The notes beneath the pieces were generated by a model, which was not told the origin of the DNA, did no database searches, and was given only the letters and a program-made list of their open reading frames with translations. DNA of 64,000 nucleotides from Sphaerodactylus townsendi (taxonomy: Eukaryota), in NCBI RefSeq assembly GCF_021028975.2, contig NC_059426.1:30690001-30754000 (forward strand). The letters are read 5' to 3'. The translations under genes and the position numbers were made by a program. Numbering within the stretch: the stretch's first letter is position 1; each line of letters opens with the position of its first letter. Shown in pieces: positions 52,467 through 63,927 of the stretch.

Positions 52467-53112
52467 CCCCAGAGACTGGAGGTGAGGCCAGGGAAGTCAA
52501 GTTTCAAAATGAAGCGTGATGTGCAAAAATCAGTTTTAAATCTTTTTAACAAAAAGCCCAAATGTGAAGTTGACCATGACAGCAGCAACACAAGCACGAC
52601 TGTTTCCAGTCCAGAAAGTTTGGCTTCTCCTTCAACTTCTGTCTGTTCGCAATCGATGCCACAGGATTTTCAACCGCCAGCAAGTAAGTTTATATAGTAC
52701 CTATACCTTTAGCTTGATTTTTATTCTGAAAACTTTAGACCTAAGATTGATGTATAGAAAGCAGTGCGCACTTAGCACTACTGTATCCTCTAGATTTCAT
52801 TTTCAAAGAGCTGGCTTGCAAATAGCATAAATAACCTTCATTTTTTTTCCCCAGTTCACCCGGAAGCTTCTATACTCTATGACTGTGATGTTGGCAGATA
52901 TTTAAAACACAAAATAGAAAACAGTGTGCCAAGCACAATGCAATAGAACCGAACAACTCAAAAATTCAAAATTGGCACACTGACCTGGATTTGTATGTAG
53001 ACATCATTTACAAAAAATTCAAAGCAACATTTACTCAAAGTTATTTTTCATTGTTATTGCACACATGTAAATCCACTTACACTAATGTTAACCTTATTCT
53101 AATATACTATAA

Positions 53113-53347
53113 TAAGAAAATTAAAGTGCATAATATATATATAAAGTGCCAGTGTCAATAAATCATATCAAAATACAATTTCATCATTTCATACAAATTA
53201 TAATGACAAGATCCATATGTGACTCATTAGTTTAGAGTCACATATGGACCTTGTCATTATAATTTGTATGAAATGATGAAATTGTATTTTGATATGATTT
53301 ATTGACACTGGCAGTTTATATATATATTATGCACTTTAATTTTCTTA
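53113..53347. repeat. Long inverted repeat: 113-bp arms, 9-nt loop, 2 mismatches
   Basis: 53113-53225 is the reverse complement of 53235-53347 (checked base by base). Confidence 0.95.
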
Positions 53348-53348
53348 G

Positions 53349-55143
53349 GTATTTAAAACAACCACCTCAAAATGACGAAGAGAAGTTTAAAGCTCTCAGC
53401 GAACCTTGGATCCCTCCATGTACGTACCAATTTCCTATAAGTACAGATGGACACTTGTCATTTCAACGCCATTGGATGGCGCAATACAATTGGCTAGTTT
53501 ACACAGATTATTTACAAGGTGCACTTTGCAAAGTTTGTGTCCTGTTTGGTGGAAGTGGCTTTGGTGGTCCTGGTCAACAACAACTTGGGGCTCTTGTCAA
53601 GAAACCGTTCACAGATTGGAAGCACGCAACAGAAACATTTGAAAAACACGAAAAAGCTGAATACCATCAATTTGCTGTTGAAAAAGCTGAAGGGTTTTTT
53701 TCTGTGATGTCAGGAAAAAACCAAAATGTAATTGAAGCAATCAGCACAGAAGATCAAAATATTGCTCCAGAAAATCGTAAAAAACTCACTGCCTTAGTAG
53801 AAACAGTTATTCTGTGCGGTCATCAAGAAATTGCCTTGAGAGGTGACTGCGAAGGTGGACCTCTGGGACTCACCGAGCCTCTTCACAATGATGGCAATTT
53901 CAGAGCTCTTCTTCAGTATCGAGCCCGCTTTGGAGATGAAGCCCTTAAAAGCCATTTGCAAACTCAGACTTCAGATAGTAGGTTCATGTACACATCTCCT
54001 TCTATTGAAAACGAAATTGTTGAATTATGTGGTAACTCAGTGCAAGAAAGTGTAATCAGGAGAATAAAAAATAAAGGACCAGGTTATTTCTCAGTTTTGG
54101 CGGATGAAACCCAAGACAGCTCAAGACAGCAACAGTTGTCTTTGTGTGTACATTATTTAGACAGCTCTTGCAAAAAATCCATTGTTCGTGAGGACTTCAT
54201 TGAGTTCATTCTTGTAGAAGACTTGTCAGCGTCGGCATTAGCAACCACCATAATGGAACGCTTGACTTCTCATGGCTTGGATCTTGAGATGATGGTTGGT
54301 CAGGGCTACGATGGTGCTGCAGTAATGAGTGGCCACCTTAAAGGTGTGCGTGCTCTGATAAGCGAGCAGTACCCTAAGGCGCACTTCATACATTGTGCTG
54401 CACATGGTCTCAATTTCGTTCTTGCCCATTCGTCAGAAGTAGCTATGATAAGGAACTGTATAGGAATGGTTAAAAATATTATTAATTTTTTTAGACAATC
54501 TTCCTTAGGGAACACTGTGCTGAAGAGAACTGTCGGAGAAAATGTGCATTCTCAATTGGTATCTCTTTGTGAGACGGGACCGACTGAGAAACACAAGGCT
54601 GTAAGCAGATTCGTAGAAATATTTAATGCCATTGTAGAAGCACTGTATACTCTGGGAAATGATGGTAGAGACTCGCAAGCCTTTCAGTTTATACACAGCC
54701 TAGAGAACTGTCAATTTGTTATTTCTTTACTGATTTTGAACAAGGTGTTTAGTTACACATCAAGTTTTAATGTGGCCCTGCAGACGGTTAGCATAAATCT
54801 CAATGAAGTATACACACACGCTAAAACAATCATAGAAGCCCTGGAGGCTATCAGGAGTGATGCTAGCGATGCTGTGTTTTACAGTATTATCGAGAAAGCG
54901 AAGAACTTACTTGGCACTACAGAAATTAAGGCTCCTCTTCTGGTTTCAAAACAAACTTGTGAAAGCAATGTTCCAGCCAGTACCCCAGAACAGTACTACA
55001 AAATAAATATTTTTTATCCATTTCTGGATCATGTTATAGAGGAATTGAAAGCTAGATTTGCCTCTCATGCAAACATTGTAGGAAATTTGCAAATTTTAGT
55101 TCCAGGTTTCTTTATAGATGACGGAGCCTGTCACTTACAATGA
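53349..55143 (+). CDS. Main open segment of the hAT transposase-like ORF
   Basis: About 600 uninterrupted codons with TTF zinc finger, DUF4371, two catalytic Asp and CxxH; preceded by an acceptor-like tttcttAG. Confidence 0.65.
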
Positions 55144-57124
55144 ATACAACATTTGTACTTGAACGATGTAACATCCGAAACCTTGAAAGCAGAGTATGAT
55201 TTGTGGAAAAGGAAGTGGGCAACAACTGGATCTGCTATGGGTGTTTTGGAGGCTTATGACCAATGCAATGAGCTTCTTTTCCCTAATATTAAGACATTAC
55301 TTGGAATTTTTGCGGTGATCCCAGTAACAACTGCAACGCCTGAACGGACTTTCTCATCATTAAAACGACTGAGGACATACCTAAGGAACAGAACCGGCCA
55401 GCAAAGACTGATGGGCCTAGCTCTGATGGCAGTTCATAGGGACATCATCATTTCTTCAATGGAAATAGTTGATAAACTCGCTTCTCGGGTGATTTTATAG
55501 TTTTTTAAAATAAATGTATTTTTACATTTTCCTTTCGATTTTCTTTTCAAACCACATCCTATCACTACATAGCTGTGCATTATGTATGTTAGAAAAGCAT
55601 TTCAATTTTATTTTACCTATACCAGGGTGAGGGGGATACCTGAACAGGTATCTTGAAACTGATGTACCTTGATCTTATACTACTGGTTGCTGACTGTAAA
55701 TAAACGACTTTGGTCTTTGATACATGAACAAACCAGTTGCTCAATCACTGAACCCACCCCATAACAAATCTACACCTATGTCCCTGCTGGAAGATGCAAG
55801 TGAAAACTAAACTGGGTTGGCTTTAATTTGTGCAGGGATAAGAAACTGTCCTATGTAAGCTGCTTGGGTTCTGTGAGTAAAGACAGGCAAGGGTCTGGAG
55901 CTTCTAATTTTTAAAATGATAAATCATAGGGATTAAATGACTAGCAGGATTTTTATTCGGCCCCTTTTGTCTCTTGCCTAGTAGCATAGCTCAGTTGTTT
56001 CTTTACATCCTCAAACAAACCGCTATTGACTGCTTCTAAATATCTGTAGCAATTCATTGATTTTCATAATGGCCTTTGGCAAGACCTTCCCTTTGAGTCA
56101 TTCTGAATAATCCACTTTCAGAACTCTTTCAATACATTTTGTTGATTGTTTACAAGTGGATTTTGCCATTTTACACGGTAAAATCCAACTTAAAAGTGCA
56201 TTGAAAGTGCATTAATTAGCGAAGTTAAGCTGCGTTGGCCTTATTTAGAACTCGAATGGGAGATCATCGTGGAAATTCAGGGCTGCTACGAAGAGGCAGG
56301 CATTGATGAACCACCTCTATTTGATTCTTGCCTTGAAAATCCAATGATACCAGATTTCTGATACCAGATAGGAGGCACATTCTATGGTGACAGCATCAGT
56401 TCTGAAAGTCTTTCTTTAAGATTTTTGGAAGCTTTAGAATGTTTGGCAGTACATTGTATCACCATTTTTATTTCGTAAGGTTCGGGAAAATGTTGTAACT
56501 TGAAACATTTGAAATGATAAGTTTTTAACATTTTCATTCGCATGAAATTATGGCAATTTAAAATATAAATTAATGAGAAATTGCATTTTTCTACTGCCCA
56601 GCCCTAGTTATAAGCAAATAAATTGCTTTTTTGCTATAAACTGTTAAATAAATGATTTTTTTTTTTAAAAAAAAGCTATATTGTGAATATCCATTGTGAA
56701 AACTGGTCACATTGGCCTGCAAGTACAATGAATTATGATGAATCTTACAAATGGAACAGCCAGGGCATCAAGGTTGGACTGTGCTTATGGTATCAGTCCC
56801 ACTTAATCTGCCCCTGATCCCAGTAGGGTTAGAACAATTCTGAAACTAGATGCTGGAGTGCATTCGTGGGCTGTGAGAGAACAGCTAATTACCAGAAGAA
56901 ACAAATTCATTAAAAAGTTCTTAAGAGCCCCAAACCCCCACCCATTGAGAAGAGTGGCTAATGTAGCTCAACAGAAGTCACGAATATTGAGGCCTCCTTC
57001 GTTCCAGTTGGGCAGCTGCCCAGAAAAGTGACTCACAAACATGGGGGAGGAGGTGAGCTCCTCTACTGGTGGATGATTCTTTCACATTCTAAAAAGTGAG
57101 TGTCATGATATAAGTAATGTGTGA

Positions 57125-57652
57125 TGTAGGGGTGAGCCCGCGAACCCAGCAGAACCGTAGAAGGAGCGCCAGGCATGGCAGTGGTGTCTTACGGCTCACG
57201 ACCTTCTGGGTGCACCACGCTCTCCCCAACCCCTCGCTCCCCCATGAGTCACCCCGGGTCGCCCATGAACTGCCTGGACTTCCAAGCGGTCACCTGCAGG
57301 TGTCCCCATACAAAAGGGACAAAAGGGCAATTCCTGCCCCTCGCAGGTGAAGATTAGACTCCAGAACCACAGGATGCTTCCCTCCCATGCACGTAGCAGC
57401 CCGATGAGATCATGCATCACATGATGATCTTCCGCTCTCCCGCTCTCCCGATCTCCCGACCTCCCGTTCTCCCGCCTGCCCGACCCCTTTGCAGCCCGTT
57501 GGAGAACCCTGGCTAATAAAGGTTAGTGAGGGGTGGTTTTGCGGCAGAGTTGCCAGGATCACGGGATCCCGCGCTTCCTGCCTCTGGCTCTCTCCACCAG
57601 ATGAAATCTCCGCGTCTCGTCTCTTCATTGGGGCCTCGTGGGTACGACTACA
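57125..57652 (+). mobile_element. Candidate solo LTR
   Basis: TGTAG...CTACA ends, CpG-rich, AATAAA near 57515; no TSD found. Confidence 0.4.
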
Positions 57653-57806
57653 AGCGTACCTCAGCAGAAGAAAATCTACTTCAGCTTTTAGAAGTTTAGG
57701 AAACGCTGCCTTACAGACATTTTTTAATGTCGTTAGGGTTGCAAACCTATGAACCTGAGACTGAGATCACCCCATAGAAGTCAGGGGCACTTTTCTTCCT
57801 ATATAT

Positions 57807-58223
57807 CAGGGGTAGGGAACCTGCGGCTCAAGAGCCGCATGCGGCTCTTCTATCCTTGCACTGCGGCTCCACGAGCCCAGCTGCCGGCTTCATCCTTGCC
57901 TGCCCTCAGGCAGCAGGGCGGGCGCACCAACTGCCCGCGGATGGCTGGGCTGCTCCGCGAGCTTCCCCTCTCACCCACCCCATTGGGACGGGGCGGGCGC
58001 TTTCCCGGCGGACGGCGAGGCTGAGCCGCCGGCTTCATCCTTGCCCGCCCTGCAGGCAGCATGTGCTTCTCAGAATGAGTGGAGTAAAAGGTTAAAAAAA
58101 CCAATATATACAGTGTTATCTTTATTTTAAATGTCAAAAATTATTTGCGGCTCCAAGTGTTTCCTTTTCCCGTGGAAAACGGGTCCAAATGGCTCTTTGA
58201 GTATTAAAGGTTCCCTACCCCTG
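57807..58223. mobile_element. hAT (Charlie-type) MITE
   Basis: Perfect TIR caggggtagggaacct; TSD ctatatat. Confidence 0.9.
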
Positions 58224-59161
58224 CTATATATGCATAGCATTGGGTATAATCTGTTTATTTTGTCATTATGTGCAACAATAAGATTTAAAGCATTTAATAA
58301 GCACTCTTTTTCAGCTAGGGCTTAACAATGCCTTGTCAGTCAGATATGATCGATTTTTTTATTGCAGAAACAGTGGTATGCTGGGGGGGCGGAGTCTAGG
58401 AACCTTTAGTGTAACAATATTATTTGTTTCATCCTAAACCATATTTACTTGAAGACAATTTCCATTATTTCCTGTGGGCAAGACATCATTGTTTAAGTCA
58501 AATTATACTGGAAGAGAAATTTCATGCGGCAGATTTCTTCTTTAAGAGTCAGAAAATACTCTACATTTGCTGGTGGAAAAATCAGAAGTGATGCAAACAT
58601 TGCTCATTGTGTGGCACATTTATTATAAATTAAAGTTAAATAACAACAAATCATCCCAACCACAGCAATATAAAAATGTGAAAACTGTACATAACATTCC
58701 CAAGTTTAGAGGTAAGACATTTTTAAAATGTAGTTTTAAGACGGAACTCAAAGGGAGTCATGATTGTAACAGTGGCATGCCAATTGTAAAGGTTTACATA
58801 AATGTTCTATTTCACTGATCAGTAATATTGATATCTCTTCCTAGGAATCCTCATGCTGATGCAGCATGTTTGGCAATAGGAAACAATCTAGATATCACTG
58901 TTCTGTTCATCCTCTATACCCAGAGGAATTTTGCTACAATGTCAGCATTTGTTGAATTCATAGTAATTGGTGTTTAGTTACCTCCTATGAGGTATTTATT
59001 GTTATTATACATTTAAATTTTTAAAATGCATTTACCCTGCCCTTCAACTGTTAAATCTTTCCAAGCGTTTTGCAGATCCTTTTAATCTCAGTGTTTTACT
59101 TCCATATCCTGTACTGCATTTACAGTGAAATCCCATACAAAACTATTAAAATCAGTCAGCT

Positions 59162-59286
59162 TAGGGGTCTGCAACCTGCGGCTCTCCAGATGTTCGTGGA
59201 CTACAAACCCCAATTCGCCATGCTGGCAGGGGCTGATGGGATTTGTAGTCCACAAACATATGGAGAGCTGCAGGTTGCAGACTCTG
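59162..59286. mobile_element. Palindromic hAT MITE (related family)
   Basis: Core ggactacaa...catgctggcaggggctgatggg..ttgtagtcc. Confidence 0.7.
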
Positions 59287-61067
59287 CATGGGACTGCGCC
59301 TTCGAAAGCAATCCTAACCGTCTACTCAGAAGCCTACCATTCAATGAGGTTTATTCCCAGGAAAGTGTTCTTATAATTGTACACTTTCCATCGCTAGGGC
59401 CCCAAGGCACACTGTTGTTTGCTTTTAAATTATTAATGATTTAGGTTGGTCATATTTGGGCTTAACTTGTGAAATATGCACAGGCGTCACGTGATGATCC
59501 TTGCCTAGCGCTCTAATCACACCAGACCACAAAGAAATCAACCCTCCCTGATGCCCATTCCCCACACCCCACAAAATCCCCAGAGTTCCCTCAGTTGCCT
59601 GTTCTGTATGCCACAGAGCCACTTCAAGTAGGTAAATAAATAAACTTAGAAATAGATAAACTCCTTCATTCAAAATAGGCAAACTAAAAGAACACAATAT
59701 TTTACTTTTAAGGCCTCTGTCATAATTTACTTTGTTGATTAAAAACTAAAATAAGTCATTTCTCAATGTGAAATTATCAGCAAAATGGCTCACAAATAGC
59801 CTATTAAGCCCAGTCTGAAATTTGTTTGGAAAATGCCGAACTATGCAACTATGTTTATGTTTATCTTGGTTTATCTTCCATGTTTCATCTGCAGTAGGCC
59901 ATTTATTCAGACTACGAACAGAAATTTCTACCCTATTAAGACCAAGGTCATGTAATTGCCTCACTTCCTACTGTAAAGTGACCTATACACTGCTACGATG
60001 CACTTACAGACAATGGTATCCTGATAGCTGCATTTAAAATTCATATGTAGAGAACAGCATGTAAAGCGCATATCTACTGGCCTTACTTAAGTGGAGCAAT
60101 ACAACCCACATTGTATTAGACAACAATCACTGGCAACCATAAGAGTCCATTAGAAAACTACATGGGACAGTCATTGTCACTGTTACTACCTGTTCTTCAT
60201 TTATTGCTGAATTGCTGTTTTATTCACGTTTTCCATATATTGCAATGAAATAGTACAAAAAATCCAAGCAGCATAATACTTTTGCTAGATCATTTACTGG
60301 CCAATCCAGAGAAGGTGCCGAATCGCCATTGGGAGGTGGTACAGCCCTATGCCAGCAGAAATGCACTCCCCAGAGCACTTACCCCAGGGGTGGTGCAAAT
60401 TCAACAGTTGGTGATCCTGAGACACCCATCATGCCATTGTCAATCCCACTGGCACAGTAGGGGTTTCAGAGGCATGGGCAGGGGTAGAAGAGACCTTAGT
60501 TGGGTTCCACCCCAGCTTTGCCTCCAGATACGCAATGGCCTGGTGCATGGGCTGATTTATGCTGCCCTTTTGGATGGTGTAAACTCGTTGAGCCCAATGA
60601 AGGGCTTTCTGGTGGGGGGGAGGGGTTTTTTTGTATTTTGCCTCCCTGTGTCACCAAAATATTCCTTGGCCACCGGCTGTGGATTGGGCTGTGAAAGTAA
60701 CATGCAAACGTTTAATTTCACCAAAGCTCATATATAGTGTGTGTGAGAGTGAGAGAGAGAACAAACACTTATTACTCAGCATGGTGAAATGCCCAAGTCT
60801 TCAGTTTATACTTCCATGGGAGCGGTGTGTGCAGGCCTGATAGGTTAGTTTGTACTTAGTGCAAAAAGATGGCAGATTGATCACAGAATATTAGAGATTC
60901 AAGGGCTGCTTTCCTTTTGAAACTGTAAACACCAGCAGAAATCGAAGTGGATGGTGTAACATAATGAATAGGCAAAATCCCACCATTAGAGGGTCATCTT
61001 CTTCCAATTCTATAATTTCCATGACATTTAGGAGTTTTTTTGTCAGAAAAGTGGTCTGCCCTTCCTG

Positions 61068-61378
61068 TTACACGTTGTACACACATACGCAACCATGTGA
61101 ACGCATTGCACTGGGAAGGCTGCCCACAATTTCCCATTTATCACATTCAGGATCATATTTCTCAATATTTTGCAAATACGATCCTTTAGAAGATGAGTAT
61201 CCTCCTGTTATGTAGATGAAGCCATTCATGACTACGGATCCACATTCCATCCTTCTTTCTATCATATCAGCCTTCTGTTTCCATTTCTTTTGTTCTGGAT
61301 CATAACAATCTGTGATTGTGGTTTGTCCACCCACAAGATAGAGCTTGTTTTCCAGGGCAATGGAACACAATCCATATT
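61068..61378 (-). CDS. KLHL23: KLHL23 terminal coding exon (kelch repeats)
   Basis: EYGLCSIALENKLYLVGGQTTITDCYDPEQ...MERRMECG...GGYSSSKGSYLQNIEKYDP...LPSAMRSHGCVCVYNV*; ccctgcAG acceptor; syntenic with SSB. Confidence 0.95.
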
Positions 61379-62070
61379 CTGCAGGGAGAAAAGAAAAAAT
61401 ATTGGAATATTGCCTAATCATCTGAAGGTTCAAAATACAGCAGAAGGCTAGGAATCATGTTTCAAAGCTACTGAAATGTGTGTCTGCATTGATTTGGGGA
61501 TGGGAATCGTACACGAGGGTTGCAAGGAAGATCCAGATTTCCGCTATACGAAAGAATGAGAAATCACTAAATATTATTAAGTGATACATGTAAGAAGGGA
61601 ATCCTGAACTATTTCACTGAACATACAGCTAAGCATTGCGGCCATCTTAGTTATTGCAATGTAGTGTTTACCATCAATAGAATTATTTTTATTCATTAAA
61701 ATGCTTGTATCCATTGTGGATAAAAATCAATGCTTTTTAAAAAAAATTAAAAGTAGGATTTTACCATTTTAAATCAGATTGAATCAGATTTTAAATCAGA
61801 TTTTTAAAATAAAAGACTTTGAGGAAAAAAGTCTGCCTAAAATAGTTTAAATAGTTTTCTATTTATTTTTTATTTAATACCCCGCCCTTCCCAGCCTAAG
61901 CCAGACTCTGGACAGCTCACAGTGCAGTTTCCCAGACATCAATTATAAAAGCAAATTACAAAAATGACATTTGATTTCCTCCTAGGCAAATTTACAAGTA
62001 TTGCTATCCCCCACCCCCGCCAAAAACGGCATGAGGGTGGCATTTTTCAGAGGGAAAACAATCAGCATAG

Positions 62071-62241
62071 TCAAAGACTTTCACGGCCAGATTCAACTGG
62101 TTGTTGTGGGTTTTCCGGGCTGAGTGGCCATGGTCTGGTAGATCTTGTTCCTAACGTTTCGCCTGCATCTGTGGCTGACATCTTCAAAGGTGTATCACAG
62201 AGAGAAGTGTGTTCGGCTGTGAAAGCCTTCGACAATACATT
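62071..62241 (-). mobile_element. Penelope-like fragment, same family
   Basis: High similarity to 22559-23030. Confidence 0.7.
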
Positions 62242-63380
62242 AATAGCTCTCCACATTAGAGCCAGCATAGTATGATGTTTTAAGGTGTGGGACTAAGACC
62301 TGGGAAACCCAGGTTCAAATCCCCACTCTGCCATGGAAACCTACTGGGTGACCTTGGGCCAGCCATATACTCTCTGCCTTGACCCTGGCAGCAATTTGGA
62401 TAAATCTCCAAGGATTACCTGAAGCATGATGTGGAGGCAGGCAATGGCAAACCAACTCTGAATGTCTCTTGCCTTGACAATCCCACCAGGGCCCCCCATA
62501 AGACAGCTGTGGCTTGACAGCAAAAAATAAATATCCTCCACATTAGTCTCAACATTGAAACCACATATTCAGCTTTATTAAGATTCAGAATTATTGCTGT
62601 CCATGTTCCTCAAGCAGTACTGCTTAAGGCAGTAGCTGCCAACGAGATCACGACACACCTGTTTACCAGGTTCACCACCTCACAGTACATCAGCCATTTT
62701 CTGCCAGATGGCGCCACAGACCACAGCCTGTTAACTTGCTTGGAATATTAAGAGAATCCTCCTTGAAGCCTTACTTTATAATTGATGTCTAAGGTTCACT
62801 AGCAAACCAAACCAGACCAGTATTACTAGCAGCAGACCATGGGCTTTTGAATGAAACCCTGTGGGCACAAATTATATTAAGCAAGGGTGGTGGTGGTTTC
62901 TTTTGGAAATAGGCCAATGGCATTTCCTGTCTTGGTTCCCAACTGCAATTCTGCATGCTTTTCAGATATCAGAGAGTGATATATTAGTGGGAGAATCAGG
63001 AGCTAAGGTGTTGTCCCTCTGGATTACCACGAGGGTAATAACAATCAGGATGAGAGGTTTCGTTGTCTTCAGCAGTCCTTCCTTCTCTCTCTGTAGGTGT
63101 TCTAAAGTGGAGACTTAGCTATCTCTCCTCCTTGGGCACAGCAGGCAACTGTGAACATGTTTACTACACTCATGCTTGTGCCCAAACAATCAGCTCTTGG
63201 GATAATTTGTAGAAAGTTTAGATGGGAGTAAATCCAGTGGATATAGAACACTTCTCAATAAAGTCCCGCCCCCCACTTTGCCTGGATGCTGACTCTATTC
63301 GTTTCCTTTTAAGCATGTTGTTGTGAGTCTACCATGCTTTATTGCTGTGCCAATTATTTCTGCTATATAAGGGCTGAGAG

Positions 63381-63481
63381 CAGTGGTGGGATTCAAATAA
63401 TTTAACAACTGGTTGTTTACAAGCACCATTTTAACAACCAGTTCTCCCAAAGTGGTGCGAACCTGCTGAATCCCACCGCTG
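63381..63481. mobile_element. hAT MITE, CAGTGGTGGGATTC family
   Basis: TIRs; perfect 8-bp TSD gctgagag. Confidence 0.88.
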
Positions 63482-63774
63482 GCTGAGAGCCAATGTGGTT
63501 TAGTGGTTATGAGCAGCAGACTCTAACCTGGAGAACTGAGTCCAATTCCCCACTCTTCCACATGAAGCCTCCTGGGTGACCTTGGGCCAGTCACAGTTCT
63601 CTCAGCCCACATGGAGGCAGGTAATGGCAAACTACCTCAAAATATCTCTTTCCTTGAAAACTCTAAGAGGTTGCCATAAGTCAACTGTGACTTGTTGGCA
63701 CTTTCCACCATAGAGGGTATAGCAGGTTACGTAAATTCCACATTTTCCTCATGCCAATCAGGAGTAAAATTTAC

Positions 63775-63927
63775 CTGGATTTGGGGCAGTGGTTACTATG
63801 CTCCATTCATTAATGTCCGAACAATACCTCTGGACTTTGTCATAAGTGCAGCTTCCCCGGTAACCATAGTGACCTCCGATTACATAGATTACTTCATTCA
63901 GGACACAAGCAGTGGCATTTCCAACCC
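63775..63927 (-). CDS. KLHL23: KLHL23 penultimate coding exon
   Basis: Manual translation VGNATACVLNEVIYVIGGHYGYRGSCTYDKVQRYCSDINEWSIVTTAPNP; aacAG acceptor, GTAAAT donor, phase fits next exon. Confidence 0.94.

Larger units (their letters stand above)
52509..55500 (+). pseudogene. hAT transposase-derived gene or pseudogene (ZMYM1/THAP12-PRKRIR-like: TTF zinc finger, DUF4371, DDE core, hATC dimerization domain)
   Basis: Motifs FQRHW..YNWLVY..ALCKVC..FTDWK..H....YH, IALRG..DGNFRALL..YTSPSIENE, LADETQD, GQGYDGA, HCAAH, IPVTTATPERTFSSLKR..LRN..RL..LALM; ORFs 53302-55143 and 55153-55500 share a frame and are split by one TGA; upstream in-frame pieces 52509-52683 and 52855-52897. Confidence 0.85.

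Noticed and set aside
53302-53348. N-terminus MTLAVYIYIMHFNFL of the 613-aa ORF
   Set aside because: Lies in the palindromic insert, starts at TTG, and is not transposase sequence
52898-53348. U12-type AT-starting intron
   Set aside because: 5' end ATATTT does not match the U12 consensus ATATCCT and no U12 branch point is evident
55141-55143. TGA as selenocysteine or programmed readthrough
   Set aside because: No SECIS or UGA-CUAG context seen and no precedent known to me in hAT proteins
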